Source: Eledone cirrhosa (lineage: Eukaryota). From it: a stretch of 64,000 nucleotides of DNA. The notes under the pieces were generated by a model. The model was not told the origin of the DNA. It saw only the letters and a program-made list of their open reading frames with translations, and did not search any database. Position 1 is the stretch's first letter. Every line of letters starts with the position of its first letter. The stretch covers positions 120,590,001-120,654,000 of the forward strand of contig OZ024741.1 in assembly GCA_964016885.1 (NCBI GenBank), given 5' to 3'. Made by a program: the position numbers and the translations under genes. Positions 1 to 14,089 of this stretch are shown here, one piece after another.

Positions 1-2052
1 TGTACGTAGGGACAAATGTAAACAAACAAACAAAAAATAAATAACCATACGCCATTAAATAGAATGGATGAATACCAGACGATGACTTTCGTGTTGGGAG
101 AAAAAGGGATTAGCCTTAATTTTGAAGTCGTTTATAACAAGTTTAAAAAAATGTAAAACGTAGAAAAAGTTTTAAAATTAGCTTAATCCCTTCTATTCTT
201 TAATAACCTTTATCACTCCCAAGCCTCTGCTTAATGGGGGAAAAAACCCGCCATTGAAATATCAACACAAAATTAATTGGTGTATAAAAATAATGTAAAT
301 ACGTTTGTAGTAGTAAAGATTTGAGAAAAATCTGATGAGTTGCATTAAAGAGCGAGACAAAATTAAATAAGAAAGAAATAAAGCCACCGCCGATTTATTA
401 AATGGTGGTGGCGGTGGAGAGGCGACGATCGAGGAAGATGCCTTGTTTACCCAGAAGGCAGTGCGATGGCGTCTTTATAAAATCTGAAAGGAAGACCGAA
501 CGAACGACCGTTGCGTGAGAAAATACAGCAATAAATTTATATAACCACAGCAGTAGAAATATCCACATCTTACACACCACTCAACCCCTTTCTTTACTCT
601 ATATATGTCTCCACATGCTTGATAGTTAAAACTTAGCTAAAGATATAAATAGTCGACAAGTTATTTGACAATTGTCTTTCATATATATATATATAAAACA
701 ATAGGATTAAAAGTAGATTTAGACGTTCCAACATTAAAAATATCAAAAAGAAAAACTTTTTACAAATGGAACAAAATCGAAAAATCTACTTCACTGTCAA
801 AGAAGAATACTTATCCAATCTACGTTATCTATCGTAAACTTTCATTATATATGTTTGTATGTGTGAAAATTCACACCAAAAGCTCGTATAAGTTTTTTTT
901 TCTTATCACAAAATTAAAAAGAGACAGAAAATTGAATAATGGGTGGAGCATGAATCACCTTTCTGTCTTTATTCTAGGTTCAGTCAAGGAAACGGAATAG
1001 ACTTGGAACACAATAATGGCGTACGTTAGTCACTAAAATAAAATATAACACTCGACTGTTTTTTTTCTTTCTTTCCTGAGAAACAAAGTATATATAAATA
1101 TATATAACAGTATCTATAACGTAAAAAAAAAAAAAAGCAAACCGAACAATATAACGATGCTTTTTCATCTTCCACAATATAGTTGCCCGATATGTGTGTA
1201 TGTGTGAAGAGTTTTACAGAAAAACTTCCCAAGACATTCATTTGAAAAACGAACGATAGAAAACTTTTCTTCTGCAGTGTTAAATGTCACTTTTTTTTCT
1301 CGACCCAATGTGTCTGCCTACTTTAATATAAATCAATTAATCACGCAGCTACTTTAATAGGAACTAAAGTTAGCTGTAGACATTTTATAGATTAAAAAAA
1401 ACTACTAATTGGTGAGTATAACGGGGGGAAAAATGAACAACAGCTGAATATCAATTAAGTATTTCTGTTAAAAATATAAGCACAGCGACTAAGTTTCATA
1501 ATTCTTGCCGGAAAAAATCTGGTAAGCCTATAAAAACTAAAATGGAAACCGAATGATTGTTTCTAGTATATATTGTGTAGCAATCTTTCGATTTGGTTTA
1601 GTCAAGGGAACAGATCGTAAAGGCTTTCCAGATGTGATCATCCAGTTTACAACTATATTATCCAATATGTCCTTATGATATTTAGATAACTCTAAGCAGG
1701 TTTAGAGATCAAGTAGAGGTTTCTTTGTTAGTTCGCATGGAATTTTAAAACGAAAATAATTTTAATAAAATTGTTTAATTATCTACATTTTGTGGTTTAG
1801 CTACTATTTCTAGCAGCCGGTTGATAAACCACGTAGATGCTCCTTCGTTGGTTCGTATGGAATTTAATTACAAACGAATATAATTTGAATTAGATTTTTA
1901 AAATGATCATTTTTATTAGAATACATGCAGCTTTACACTCCAGACTAATAATGACAAGGTTTTTTTTAATATTTAAACTAGAATATTTAAGATATGTGAT
2001 AAGCTGTCATTCATAAACTCTTGTGAGACGACGATAAAGATTGAATGACCGT

Positions 2053-2053
<1 letters not shown>

Positions 2054-2097
<44 letters not shown>

Positions 2098-2392
2098 ATT
2101 ATATATATATATTATATATATATATTATATATTATATATTATATATATATATATATATTATATATATATATATTAATATTATATATATATATATATTAAT
2201 ATTATATATATATATATATATTAATATTATATATATATATATATTAATATTATATATATATATATATTAATATTATATATATATATATATATTATATATA
2301 TATATATATATTATATATTATATATTATATATATATATATATATTATATATTATATATTATATATATATATATATATTATATATTATATATA

Positions 2393-2423
<31 letters not shown>

Positions 2424-2429
2424 TATATA

Positions 2430-2460
<31 letters not shown>

Positions 2461-2481
2461 TATATATACACATATATATAT
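2054..2481. repeat. (TA)n-derived microsatellite
   Basis: Near-pure TA repeat with TT/AA interruptions. Confidence 0.95.
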
Positions 2482-3122
2482 ACACACAAATGCATAAGTG
2501 AACTGGATAATCGAGCTATTGAAACCGAATCGCTAATTTGTGCTAGTGAATTTCATCATACCTATTTATATCAAAATATAACCATGAGATTTATTCTAAA
2601 ACAAGATCAAGTTATTTTTACAAAAAAGGTTTAAATAAAAGTACTAATATAAAATGTAAGGAAATCTAAATATACTCCTGTTTGTCCACGAACACGTGCA
2701 AAGAATGCCGAGATTGTGATTATATATATATATATATATAGTGACTCTTACAGGACTAGTTATTTTTTTCATTTATTAATTCGTCGTCTTCCTATTAAGG
2801 TTCATTCTTTCACTTTTTTCCTAATTAATCTACCCCCTTTACTTCAACGTGTGGTGTTAATACTTTATATACAACATACACACATTTTATATATATATAT
2901 ATATATACTTTAACGAAATAGAAAAAATACTAAAGGGAAGGGGCACTCCCTCCAATGAAAGACTGGGCTTAATAAAATAAACCCAGACTCAGTTGCCAGA
3001 CCCTAGCAGAACAGGGAGAGTTGAAATGGATTTTTGAACCATGAACTGAATCAAGTACAGAAGGCAAGCAATCGCCATCTTCGCCAAGCAAGTCGTAACC
3101 TGCCTGATATATACATGTGTGC

Positions 3123-3171
<49 letters not shown>

Positions 3172-3192
3172 ATGTTTGTAAAGTACTAATAC

Positions 3193-3411
3193 AAATTCTC
3201 ATTTTTATATGCAGTTTACGGTATATTTTTCTATCATGCATACATCCTGTTAACGTTTTTGTACATGGACTTTATAACCACCCTGTATATATTATATAAT
3301 ATACATACTATGTGCGTATATAATATAATATATACAGGGTGGTTATAAAGTCCATGTACAAAATTAAACGTTAACAGGATATACCGTAAACTGCATACAA
3401 AAATGAGAATT
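3193..3411. repeat. Inverted repeat made of two back-to-back Tc1/mariner-like ends around a TA-rich spacer
   Basis: ...catggactttataaccaccctg (ends 3285), TA-rich spacer, then cagggtggttataaagtccatg (starts 3335). Arms extend to attctcattttt/aaaaatgagaat. TA-CAGGGTG is a common Tc1/mariner terminus. Confidence 0.6.
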
Positions 3412-4703
3412 TTATGCAACATTCAATTTGCCATATTTCGTAATACATCGTGCTAAATGGTTTTATAACTCGTTAAAAACATTCTCTAGTAGGTAATTAT
3501 TTATAATTAACAAGATTTTAAGTATCCTCATGTCTCAAAACTATATAAATAAAGCAGGTTACATCTAAAAGTTAATTGTATTTAAACAAGGACTATAAAT
3601 ATATGTAATTTATATTACAGCAATGACTGACTAAGACTTGCCAAAAAACATCAACGCCAAATATATATTTTTAAAAAAATGTTAAGTAAACATCCGTCAT
3701 ATATATTAAATAAAAATCAACTTGATTTTTGTAAAAGTCAGTTTATAATTTTTAAGCATGCTGTTTTTAAATATATTCGTTTGGAGAAAGAAAAAAAGTT
3801 TAATATACAACAAAAGGATCGAGAAAAGAACGATAAAAAGAAATTGAGCAATTTTCCTCAGAATATATATAAATGTAATACACATATGTGTGTCTTCTCT
3901 TATCTACATATTAAACTTAATGACATTCAGAAACTATAACAATAAAGCTGATAATATATGTAAGAAAAAATTAGGCCACATTAAAATAGATATACGGTGA
4001 ATGGGTCAGAGTTGTTATTTGAGAACTAGCAACATAAAGAGAAAGATTAGAGACGACAGACATATTCCCTTCTACGAAAATATATCGATTTTTTTTTTTC
4101 AATAAATGTACGGAGTGTTAAAGTATAATAATGGCTGGGTGTGGTTGTATAAAACTTTAATGTTAGACCGAAATAAAACAGAATTTCTTTCAATAAATCT
4201 ACGGAAGTGTTGAAATAAAACATTAATGGCCGAGTGTGAATTGCTTGAAAGTTTAATGTAGGACTGAACTAAATCGCAATTTTTTTTAAAAAATAAATCT
4301 ACAAAGACTTGAAATAAAACATTAATAGCTAAATGTTTAATACTAGATTGAAGTAAAATAAAAGTTATTGGGGTACTTACTTGCTGTTCTAGGCCCTTTC
4401 CATTCTGGTTGGAAACATTAGGCATATTACTCTATGTGTTGGAAAATTTAAGAAATGCCACTACGAAAAACAAGGGGAAAAACTGTTTTATATCTTCTAT
4501 GTACGTCTCTTGGTGCGTATGTCTGTTTTATGTTTACTGTTACTGTTGCTGCTTTCAACTCGTCTCTTTTTATTATATATATTTATATTTTATATGTGTG
4601 TCTCTTTTACTTTTTGTATTATATGTATATATTTACATATATATATATATGTATTTATTTTATATATATATATCATATATTATATATTTTATATATGTGT
4701 ATC

Positions 4704-4734
<31 letters not shown>

Positions 4735-6849
4735 GGATGTTGCTATGTGTATATGTATATATTATCGGAATATGTCTTTTATATACTTTTTGTTCAGTTT
4801 TTTTTTCTAATATATATACATGTGTGTGTATATATATATATATGAATTAGTGTACGTGTAAGATATATATATATATATATATATATGTCTATATATATAT
4901 ATATAGTCTTTCCTTTCTTTTCTTTTCTTTTCTTAAGGTAAAATACACTCACCGCCCCCGATGAAACTATTGGTTTAATCTTCACCAACTAAGATGACTC
5001 GTATTTATAGATGCCTATCACGTGATCACACCCGACCAAACAATACCATCACCACCACGTCCATTACCACAATCACCACTTAAACCATCAGCAGCAACAT
5101 CACCACTACCATTATCAACAGCATCACCACCTCTTCCTTCTTCTCTCTTCACATACAACTCATATACTTCTCCGTCTTTATTGTTCCATTACTTTCTTCT
5201 TTCCATTACCCTCTCGCCTTCACCGCTTGTCTTTCCAAAACCTTTCCTTTACTTAAATTCACTTTTATTAACATTACTTTATTTTGTTTTGTTTTTTATT
5301 TATTTGTAATTATTTTATCATTGATTATTATTTTTTAAATATTATTTCAATTATTAATCCCAGGATATATTTTTTCCGTATCTCCCTCCACCCTACTTTT
5401 ACATACTCAATTTTCTTCTCACTTAATTTTCAATTACTTAATTTCAAATGCGTAACCAATTATAATAATAGGCATCGTGCATCTATCTATATGTATTTGT
5501 GTGGGTAACCTTTTCTTAAAATAATATGGGGTGCGGGGCTGTAATTATAACACGCGTACTTCAGTAGTACCGACTGTATGTATGCTACAATTTCAATAAA
5601 TATCCTAGTAGACTTTAAAATCCGTACACATTTATTTAGCCCATTCCTCTGCAAGTCGTATATATATGTGAACCGCCGTCAATTTTGACATGTGCTTACT
5701 GGTATATAATATATCCAATTTTACCTATATGATTATAGTTACCATAATCATATCAATGAAAATATATTTTTAAACATTAAAAGGACCTCTGATCTCGTAA
5801 TTTTCAAGCGTTATTTTTGAAATACAATATATACTAACTTAAAATACTCCGATTTCTACTCAATTTTACCTATATGCTTAGAGTTAACATAGGTTGTGTA
5901 TCACAATATATACAAAACTTTCAAAGGGCCTCTATATATTGTAAGAGGACCGTTGGCTGTTAAGAAATGTGGTTTTTCAATCAATGCAAGAGTTATCTTA
6001 ATAACTTAATGCTATTAAAACAAAGAAATTCTTCTTTCAAATTTTTAATTATATATTTTAATCTAAGGAGAGTTTATGCTTGAGGACAGGAAATAAATAC
6101 TTTTATATGAAAGAAAAACTATTCTTGTTCTATTTTTTTTTTAAACTTTCAAATACTTATATTTCGCATAAGTATGTATACAAATAAACATTATATATAT
6201 ATATATATATATATAGGTGTGTGTATGTAAGAAAAAAAAAATATTAAGAGTCGATTATATGTGATAGGTATATTTTTAATAGACAGGCATTATATATGTC
6301 ATCATCATGATATATCGGGTTTTTTCATGAGCATGGAATGGATGAGTTTATTGAAACCACTGTCCTTGATTGGTCGGGTGGCCAGGTTTCGTTTAAATAA
6401 ATTCCATTTTGTCGTGGTCTCTACGACTGAATGACAACCACTTTACAAACAAAGTGTAGTGGGTACGTTTTATCATGACACCAGCACTACAGAGGTTGAG
6501 GCAACTGAAGAGTCCTCTCTCTACCTTTTGGAAAATGGTATCTATCGCTAGATACACTTAATAACACCATGCACTTTAGGGAGTGTAGGGACAGCACCAG
6601 TCGTAGGGAAGTTGTCTTGTCCTTGACGCAACTGAAGAATCCTCTCTATCCTTTTGGAATAGTTTCTATGGATACCCTTCCAACCACTAATTACTTTATT
6701 GGGCGTACTAGGTGCGTTTTATCGTGGCACCAGCACGTTATATATATATATATCATCGTCGACTTCGGTACTGAGCACTTTTCTCTCAGCCGTCAACCAC
6801 ATGCGGATATATATATATATATATGGTAGAAATGTGTGTACCTATGGTT

Positions 6850-7160
6850 ACAGGTGGTTCGTCAATTAAAGCACTCGTGCTGGTGACAACAAAAATCGAG
6901 ACCATCCTGTAAGGTGGTTGTGCTGGTGACACGATGAAAAACCACTTAGTCCACCCTGTTAGATGGTCGTTTTGGTGCCACGATAAAAAGTATCTAGTCC
7001 ACACTGCAACATCGTTGTTGTTAGGAAGGGCATCCAGCTGTATAAACCAAGCCAATATACAGATCCCTATGAAGAAGACGTGGTCACCTGACTTGACTTG
7101 TTTCATAAGATGATAACCTGTTTAACCGTGCAAGTGTGGAAAAATGGACGTTAAACAATA
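6850..7160 (+). mobile_element. SINE-like element with RTE-type 3' end
   Basis: Contains ttaggaagggcatccagctgta and ends gcaagtgtggaaaaatggacgttaaac, the same 3' module as RTE copies in this window. Confidence 0.65.
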
Positions 7161-9119
7161 ATATAGTCTTAAACACGCGAGCTTTTTTGATACCCAATAA
7201 CAGAATAATAATAAATACAACAAGCCCAAACTAACTAAGATCCACAATACAAATAAAAAGAACAAATTTTTACACAATAAAACAACGTCCACTGAATACT
7301 TCAAAAACTCGTAACCAAGAAATAAATCTAAACCAAATTTAAGTATCTCAAAGTATAAATATATATATGCTCACAAACACATACACCTGCACACACGCAA
7401 ATATTTTATATATATATATATATATATATAGTCAAAAGTCTGTCAAGAGCCTGTTGGCACATCAGGCCAGTGTTTATCCCAGCATGTTTATCTGTGGCAT
7501 GAACCAACTGAGAGAACAAACTCCCCCCACCCCTGGACAGGACACATCCATTGCAGATTTAAATTCCTTGCTATTGTTGGTACTCATTTACAGCTGAGTA
7601 ACAACATGAAATGAAGTGATGGAAGTGTTTTGCTCAAGAACACAACACGCAACCCAGTCCAAGAATCGAACCCACGTCACCCTAACCACCAGGTCACATG
7701 CCTCCACTAAATATATATATATATATACACACACACTCACATATATATATATATATATATATAATTATGGGTGGATTCCCGATGGGTATCAAGAGATGAC
7801 CATAATTTAAAAAAACGTACTCAATACGTTATTAGAGTATAGGCACCTTTATTTTATATAGAAATTACTTCTACAGTTCTAGTCCTGTAGAAGTCATTTC
7901 TAAATATATATATATATATATTATTTATTTTTAAAAAACACCAAAGAATCAATGCATTGATTCTTTGGTATTTTTTATACATAGTATATAACAGCTCTGC
8001 GTGAACCCTATTGCATTGAGCTTCTAACCTTCCAGTAAAGTTTCAAAACTTAATAATATTATTATTATCACTATTATATATATATATATATATATGCACA
8101 CACACACACATAGATACATGTACGTGGATATATTACGTATATATGTGTATACATTGCATCTGTATGTGATTTTTTTTATCATAAGTATGACTATAGTCAT
8201 ACAATTTTTTCTTTTCTACTTATCCTGCTGAAATATTTCCTGAATCAGCTCCTTTATAGCATGTTAGCATAATTTTTAATGCCAACTCAGAGTTTTCTAT
8301 TTTGTAACCTAAGAATATATTCTTGCTTCATAATCAAAAATATAAAATATTTTTTTGTAAATGTTATTTTAATGCATATTACTGTAGATATGTTATATTC
8401 AACAGTTAAATTACCATATTTCTAATGAAATATACTGCATGGAATTTTCAAATAATTTTGAAAATAATGAAATATTTCTAGGGTTGTTGTAATATAACAA
8501 CTAACTGGTGTTTGGAATATAACTTAAAGGTTCTTTCATAAAATTATGATGGAAGGTATCTAAATAAATATAAACAGTTTAAAATAAAGGAGTTTGTATC
8601 ATAGAACCAGGAATAGTTTCAAGGGGTTCCAAATCAATGGGATTAACCATTTTGTGATATAATTCCTAATGAAATACGCTGTATTCTAATTTATTAATGA
8701 AAATTTGGAAGGAATTATTAGAATTATTAATTATTTCATTATTTAAAAAAATACCCACTCTGTACTGTTCTGTGTCCATCTTTATTGTTTTCTTAGTGTG
8801 AGCCCTGTGTGTCTTACATAATAAATAGTTCTGATATAAAATTATCTTGGAAGATTTTAATTTAAATAGGAAACTTTTAAAATGAGTGATTTTATTTTGT
8901 AAAACCAAAGACAGTTTTGGGTAGGTTTAAAAGATTTCAAATTCTGCAGACTTTGACCAGCATGGGCAGATAAGCCTAAAACCAGCATATTCTACCATGG
9001 ATGAAAAAATAACTGTGGAAAAAAGGTTTATTGTCATAAACTGGAGAGGTAAACAACTCTTTGATGAAGCTTGATAATGATCTGGAAGAGAGAGGGCCTA
9101 TTTTTTCTGCAACATAAAA

Positions 9120-9240
9120 GGCCCATGACTTAGTGGTTAGAGAATTAGATGCACAATTGTGAGGTTGCGAGTTTGATTCCCAGGCTAAGCGATGCATTAT
9201 GTCCTTGAACAAGTCACTTTATTTCCCATTCCTCTTTCTG
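9120..9240 (+). mobile_element. tRNA-derived SINE head plus CORE-like segment
   Basis: A-box-like tgacttagtggtt, B-box-like gagtttgattccc, then tgtccttgaacaagtcactt. Related copies at about 7450-7705(-), 29215-29460(+), 39480-39775(-), 42240-42400(+). Confidence 0.6.
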
Positions 9241-9391
9241 CCAGGAGTTGCAACCGGTAAATAGTATCAGCAATGGAAAGACCAATGGAAACATTGTTTC
9301 CTTGGTCTGATTTGTTGAGTTCTACCCCACCTCACCCTCATTAAGCGAATAAGGTCTGGGTCTTGTCAATTGATTTGATCAATAATATGCA

Positions 9392-11546
9392 TTGAGTGAC
9401 AACTTACTGCAGGCTACTGATGAAACTTGTGGCTGGAGCAGAGCTCCAACCAGACAGAGAGTGACTTGGTGGTGGAACAGCATAGTAGATAAGGCCATTA
9501 GAGACAAAAGACTAGCATGGAAGGCTTGGAAAAAGGGTGGGAGTAGAGAAGGATATACAGCCGCTAAGAGAGAAGATAGACATCAGGTGTACTTATCACG
9601 CAGGGAGGCTGAGAGTAGGAGGTTTGCCAATGTTCTGTGATGGGAAGATCAGAGGTGTGCGGTGTTCCACATTGCAAGGCAGTGTGTCAATGCAAATCAG
9701 GATGTTGTTGGAGATAAATGTGTCCGGGATGATGCCAGTGTACTTAGTGTCACGAATGATCAGAAAAAGGAGGCCTGGAAATGTCATTATGAGAGACTGA
9801 AGAATGTGGAGAACGAATGGGAGAGAGATAAGTTACCCTCAGTAGACCCGACAGAGGGACCAGCTATTGAGATTGACGAATATAGGGTCCAAGAGGAGAT
9901 TAAGGAAATGAAAAATGGTAAGGCTGCTGGACCGTCGGGGATAGTTGCTGAGAAGCTGAAGGCATCAGGGGACGTAGGCACTAAACTGGTTGCATGCATC
10001 ATCAATCAGGCTAATATATGGTGGTGTCATACCCAAAGACTGGTGCAGCAGTATTCTCATAAATTGCTACAAAGGTAAGGGGGATGCTCTGGAGAGGAGC
10101 AATTATAAGGGTATAAAACTGATGGATCAGGTTATGAAAGTGGCAGAAAGGATATTAGCACAACTAATTAGAGAAAGGGTCAAACTAGATGAGATGCAGT
10201 TTGGTTTTGTGCCTGGGAAAAGTACAACAGATGCCCTCTTCTTGGTGAGACAATTACAAGAGAGGTTCTTAGAGAAGACTAAGCCACTAAACTTAGCCTT
10301 TGTTGACCTAGAGAAGGCCTTCGATAGGGTACCCCGATCTGTCATCTGGTTGTCCCTAAGGAAACTAGGTGTTGAGGAATGGCTCGTGGGGACAGTGCAA
10401 ACTTTGTACAGAGGTGATGTCAGTAAAGTGAGAGTAGGAATAGAGTTTAGTGAGGAATTCCAGATACAAGTAGGAGTACATCAAGGTTCGGTCCTCAGCC
10501 CGCTCTTGTTCATTATAGTCCTCCAAGTCATAACAGAGGAGTTTAAGACTGGCTGTCCATGGGAACTTCTCTATGCTGACGATCTGGTTCTTATAGCAGA
10601 ATCAGTAGAGGAGCTAGAGAATAAATTCTGGCTACGGAAACAGCAGTTGGAAGCAAGAGGACTGAAAGTGAACCTAGCTAAGACAAAAGTGTTGATGAGT
10701 AGAAAAGAGGACAAAACTCTGATTCCGTCAGGGAAATGGCCATGTTCGATATGCAGAAAAAGAACTAGCATAAATTCTATAAAATGCACACAATGCAGAT
10801 CCTGGATACACAAGAGATGTAGTGGGATAGCAGGCAAACTAACAAGTAGGGAGAAATACGTATGCAGTAGATGTACAGGGAAATTAGACAGTAGAAGTCG
10901 CATTGATAGACAGATTTTTCAAATGTAGGCGGGTGCTATAGAAGTGGTGGATAGCTTCTGGTACCTAGGAGATCAGATTAGCATGGGAGGGGGGGTGTTC
11001 CGAGGCCATAGTATCTAGAATAAGGACAGGTTGGAAGAAGTTTAGGGAGCTGCTTCCTCTGCTGACAAAGAAGGGTTTCTCCCTGCGTATGAAAGGCCAG
11101 TTATATGATGCCTGTGGGAGGAGCGCGATGCTGCATGGTAGTGAGACATGGGCAGCAACTGCAGAGGATATGCAACGGCTGGAGAGAAATGCGGCAAGCA
11201 TGCTCCGTTGGATGTGCAATGTCAATGTGCGTGAACGACCTAGCATGAATGTGTTGAGAGAGAAACTGTGTCTGAGAGGGATAGAATGTAGTGTGCGAGA
11301 GAGGAGACTGAGGTGGTATGGACATGTGATGCACATGGAGGATGACCAATGTGTGAAGAAGTGCCAGGAAATGCCAGTTGAAGGAAAAACATGGGCGGAG
11401 GTGGTGAGAACAGACCTCAGATCGCTGAAGCTCACGGTGGAGATGACGAAGGACCATGACAAGTGGAGAGATGCTGTGCTGAATAAGACCCGTCCCACCC
11501 TTGCAAGCAGGGAAAAGCGGACGTAAAATGATGATGATGATGATGA
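9392..11546 (+). mobile_element. 5'-truncated RTE-clade LINE (RT with internal PHD finger), disrupted
   Basis: ORF pieces 9392-10078, 9990-10928, 11089-11526 carry [50 protein letters not shown]. Ends ggacgtaaaa(tga)n. Confidence 0.92.
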
Positions 11547-11994
11547 GTAATACTCTGATCAACAGTCTTCAAACTCTGAACACTTCACACACACACAGAC
11601 ATGTATATATACAAGGTAAAAATGATTCTATGTCAACTGGTCAATTGCCTATCTGGAGCTAAACAAGAACAGCTAGATATAAACTAGAATGGTGTGAAAC
11701 AGTTTGACTGCAGTGCTGGGAATGAAATGAAGAAAATTCACACTCTCCACCACCACAACTACTGTATATTGTTTCTCTTTATTCAAGCTTTACAAATAAA
11801 TTCTATGCCAAAGTAATGTTGCTATATATACTCATTCCTGCATGTTTCACACCTTTCTCCACAAAAATAAGTGAAACCAGCATGAGACTTATCTACTGGA
11901 CTTACAAAATCTCAATTCAAACTATATAGAACATTGTAAATATATAAAAAATAGAGGTGTGACTTATATACAAGTGTATATACAGTATATATAT

Positions 11995-12131
11995 CATCAT
12001 GATAATCATCATCATCATCATCATCAACGTTTAACGTCCGTGTTCCACGCTTGCATGGGTTTGGACGGGGGTAGTCCCACTTGAGGCAAGAGTGATTGTC
12101 TTGCTCGCATAGGACTGTCTGGCAGGTTTTC
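11995..12131 (-). mobile_element. RTE 3'-terminal fragment with (GAT)n tail
   Basis: Nearly identical to the 3' end of the copy at 50231-50358. (atc)n tail abuts a TA repeat. Confidence 0.8.
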
Positions 12132-12147
12132 TAATACACACACACAT

Positions 12148-13510
12148 ATCTTCTTCTTCTATACATCTGTCACCAGTGCCATGATGAAGTTCCTCTTCCA
12201 GCTCACTCTGTTTAGCATTGCCTTTTGAATTTCCCCTGCCTCTAACCCAGTGTTAATTTCAAGAACATCCTTCAATGTTGTGGTTGGTCTCACAACTCAT
12301 CTGCACGCATTAGATTTCCAGCTAGGAACTCTGCCAACAGGTTCATTGTGACATTTCACATTTCTGGCTAATGTGAGCTTCCTATGCCTAATGATGTCAG
12401 AAAGGCGAAGGTGTGAGCCGTAGAATGATTTCTTTGCTACGTGTTCTCCAGGATATGTTCTGAATCTTTCTCAACATCTGGGTGAATGAACCATTAATCC
12501 TCATTGTGAATGTTTTTGTCAGTGTCCACGACTTGCATCTGTAGAGGAGAATGGACTCAACCATTGCTTTGATTAGCTTCATTTTTGTGGTTTTCTTGAT
12601 CGGAGAACCCGCACCTGAGAGCCAGATGCAGCAATTGACCCAGTATTTGAAGTCCATCCAGAGATAAACTGAAAGCAATTAAACCAGGCTTCATGGCCTG
12701 AGTGTAGACCTATGAAAACTACACAAGTCTTGCAAGTTTCTAAGAAAATTCTGCATCGAAACCTTTGAAGGGTAGTATCAATACCCAAGAAAGGTGACCT
12801 TTTGCACCAATTATAGAAGCATCAGTCTTATGCAAATTGCAGCAAAGCCTTATAATAGGATAGTCATGAATAGAATCAAACCATATATTGACAACACTCT
12901 ATGTTCCAGCCAAAATGGATCTTGGCCATTTCACACTTCTGCCTCACACATCTTGGCTCTAAGATGGATTGTTGAGAAGGTACAAAATCACAAGAAAGAG
13001 ACAGTAATTTTATTCAGAGATTTTAAGAAGGCTTTGATTTGATTGACTAAAATAAGATGCTCAAAATCCTTCTTGCTTATGCAACACCCCATCAGATCCT
13101 GAAACCAATTAAAGTCAAGTATGAGAATACTTCAACACTTGTAATGATACCCAAGGGAAACTCAGACCTATTCTCAATTGATACCAGAGTCATCCAGGGA
13201 GATCCTATGGCCCCTTTCCTTCTTGTGATATACCATTGTGCCATCAGATATAAATTGCTGAAAAGTCATTAAAGTACCCAACATCTAAAGGAAGTTATAC
13301 CTGAAATAGCTTAAGCAGATGCCATAGCTCTCCTGGAAAACACCTGCATAGAACTCCATTGAACTCCAAATTCACGCACCTCAATGCAATGTCAAATAAA
13401 CAAACATATGTGCTGGATGGTTCGGAGATTGAGAAAGTCGATGACTTCTTGTATCTTAGCAGTTTTATGAATACTGAGCATGGACACCAAGATAGGCGAG
13501 GCATGGAGGG
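12148..13510. mobile_element. Degraded second-family RTE-type LINE with internal inversion
   Basis: About 12600-13510 (+) encodes IPKKGD..NYRSISL..FRDFKKA..VIQGDPMAPFL..EKVDDFLYL. About 12150-12600 (-) encodes the downstream part VESILLYRCKSWTL..MLRKIQNISW and ends in a (GAA)n-like tail. Confidence 0.75.
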
Positions 13511-14089
13511 AGTCTCTTAACACTCTATACATATATATATATATTTATATATATATAATATATAGTAGGTTTTCATTGTAAATCGGGAGGCAACAACTGT
13601 CAAAAAGATTACTCAATACCTTAGTTGGGTATAGATATATTAATTTTATTATAGGAATCACCTCTACAGGACCAGGACAGTTTCATTCATAAGATGATGA
13701 TTTCTTACAAATGAAACAGTTCAAGTCATTTTTATATATATAAAAATGAAAGAATGAATTTTCAGTTTCACTGTTTATTTTTTATATACATGACATGTGT
13801 TTCACAATTGAACAGCTCAAAGCTACTTGCAGTTATATAATGTCTTTGTAACATAGAGCTTGACTCTAATTCAATTCACTGATCGGACATAATCTCAGGT
13901 AATGAGCTTTCATTTATACAAGGATACAAACCCTTCTCAAATCCCAAGCCTTAAATAGGGTGATAAATTCAGTATGTACAGATAAATCGCATAATAAGAC
14001 AAAGAATAACAAGATAAATATAGAAATGAATAATATTACCTTCAGCATATGGCTCATAGAATCATGTGTGTAGGATACAAAATAATAAT

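Noticed and set aside
9120-9195. tRNA gene
   Set aside because: Only degenerate A and B boxes with no full cloverleaf; it continues into a SINE body.
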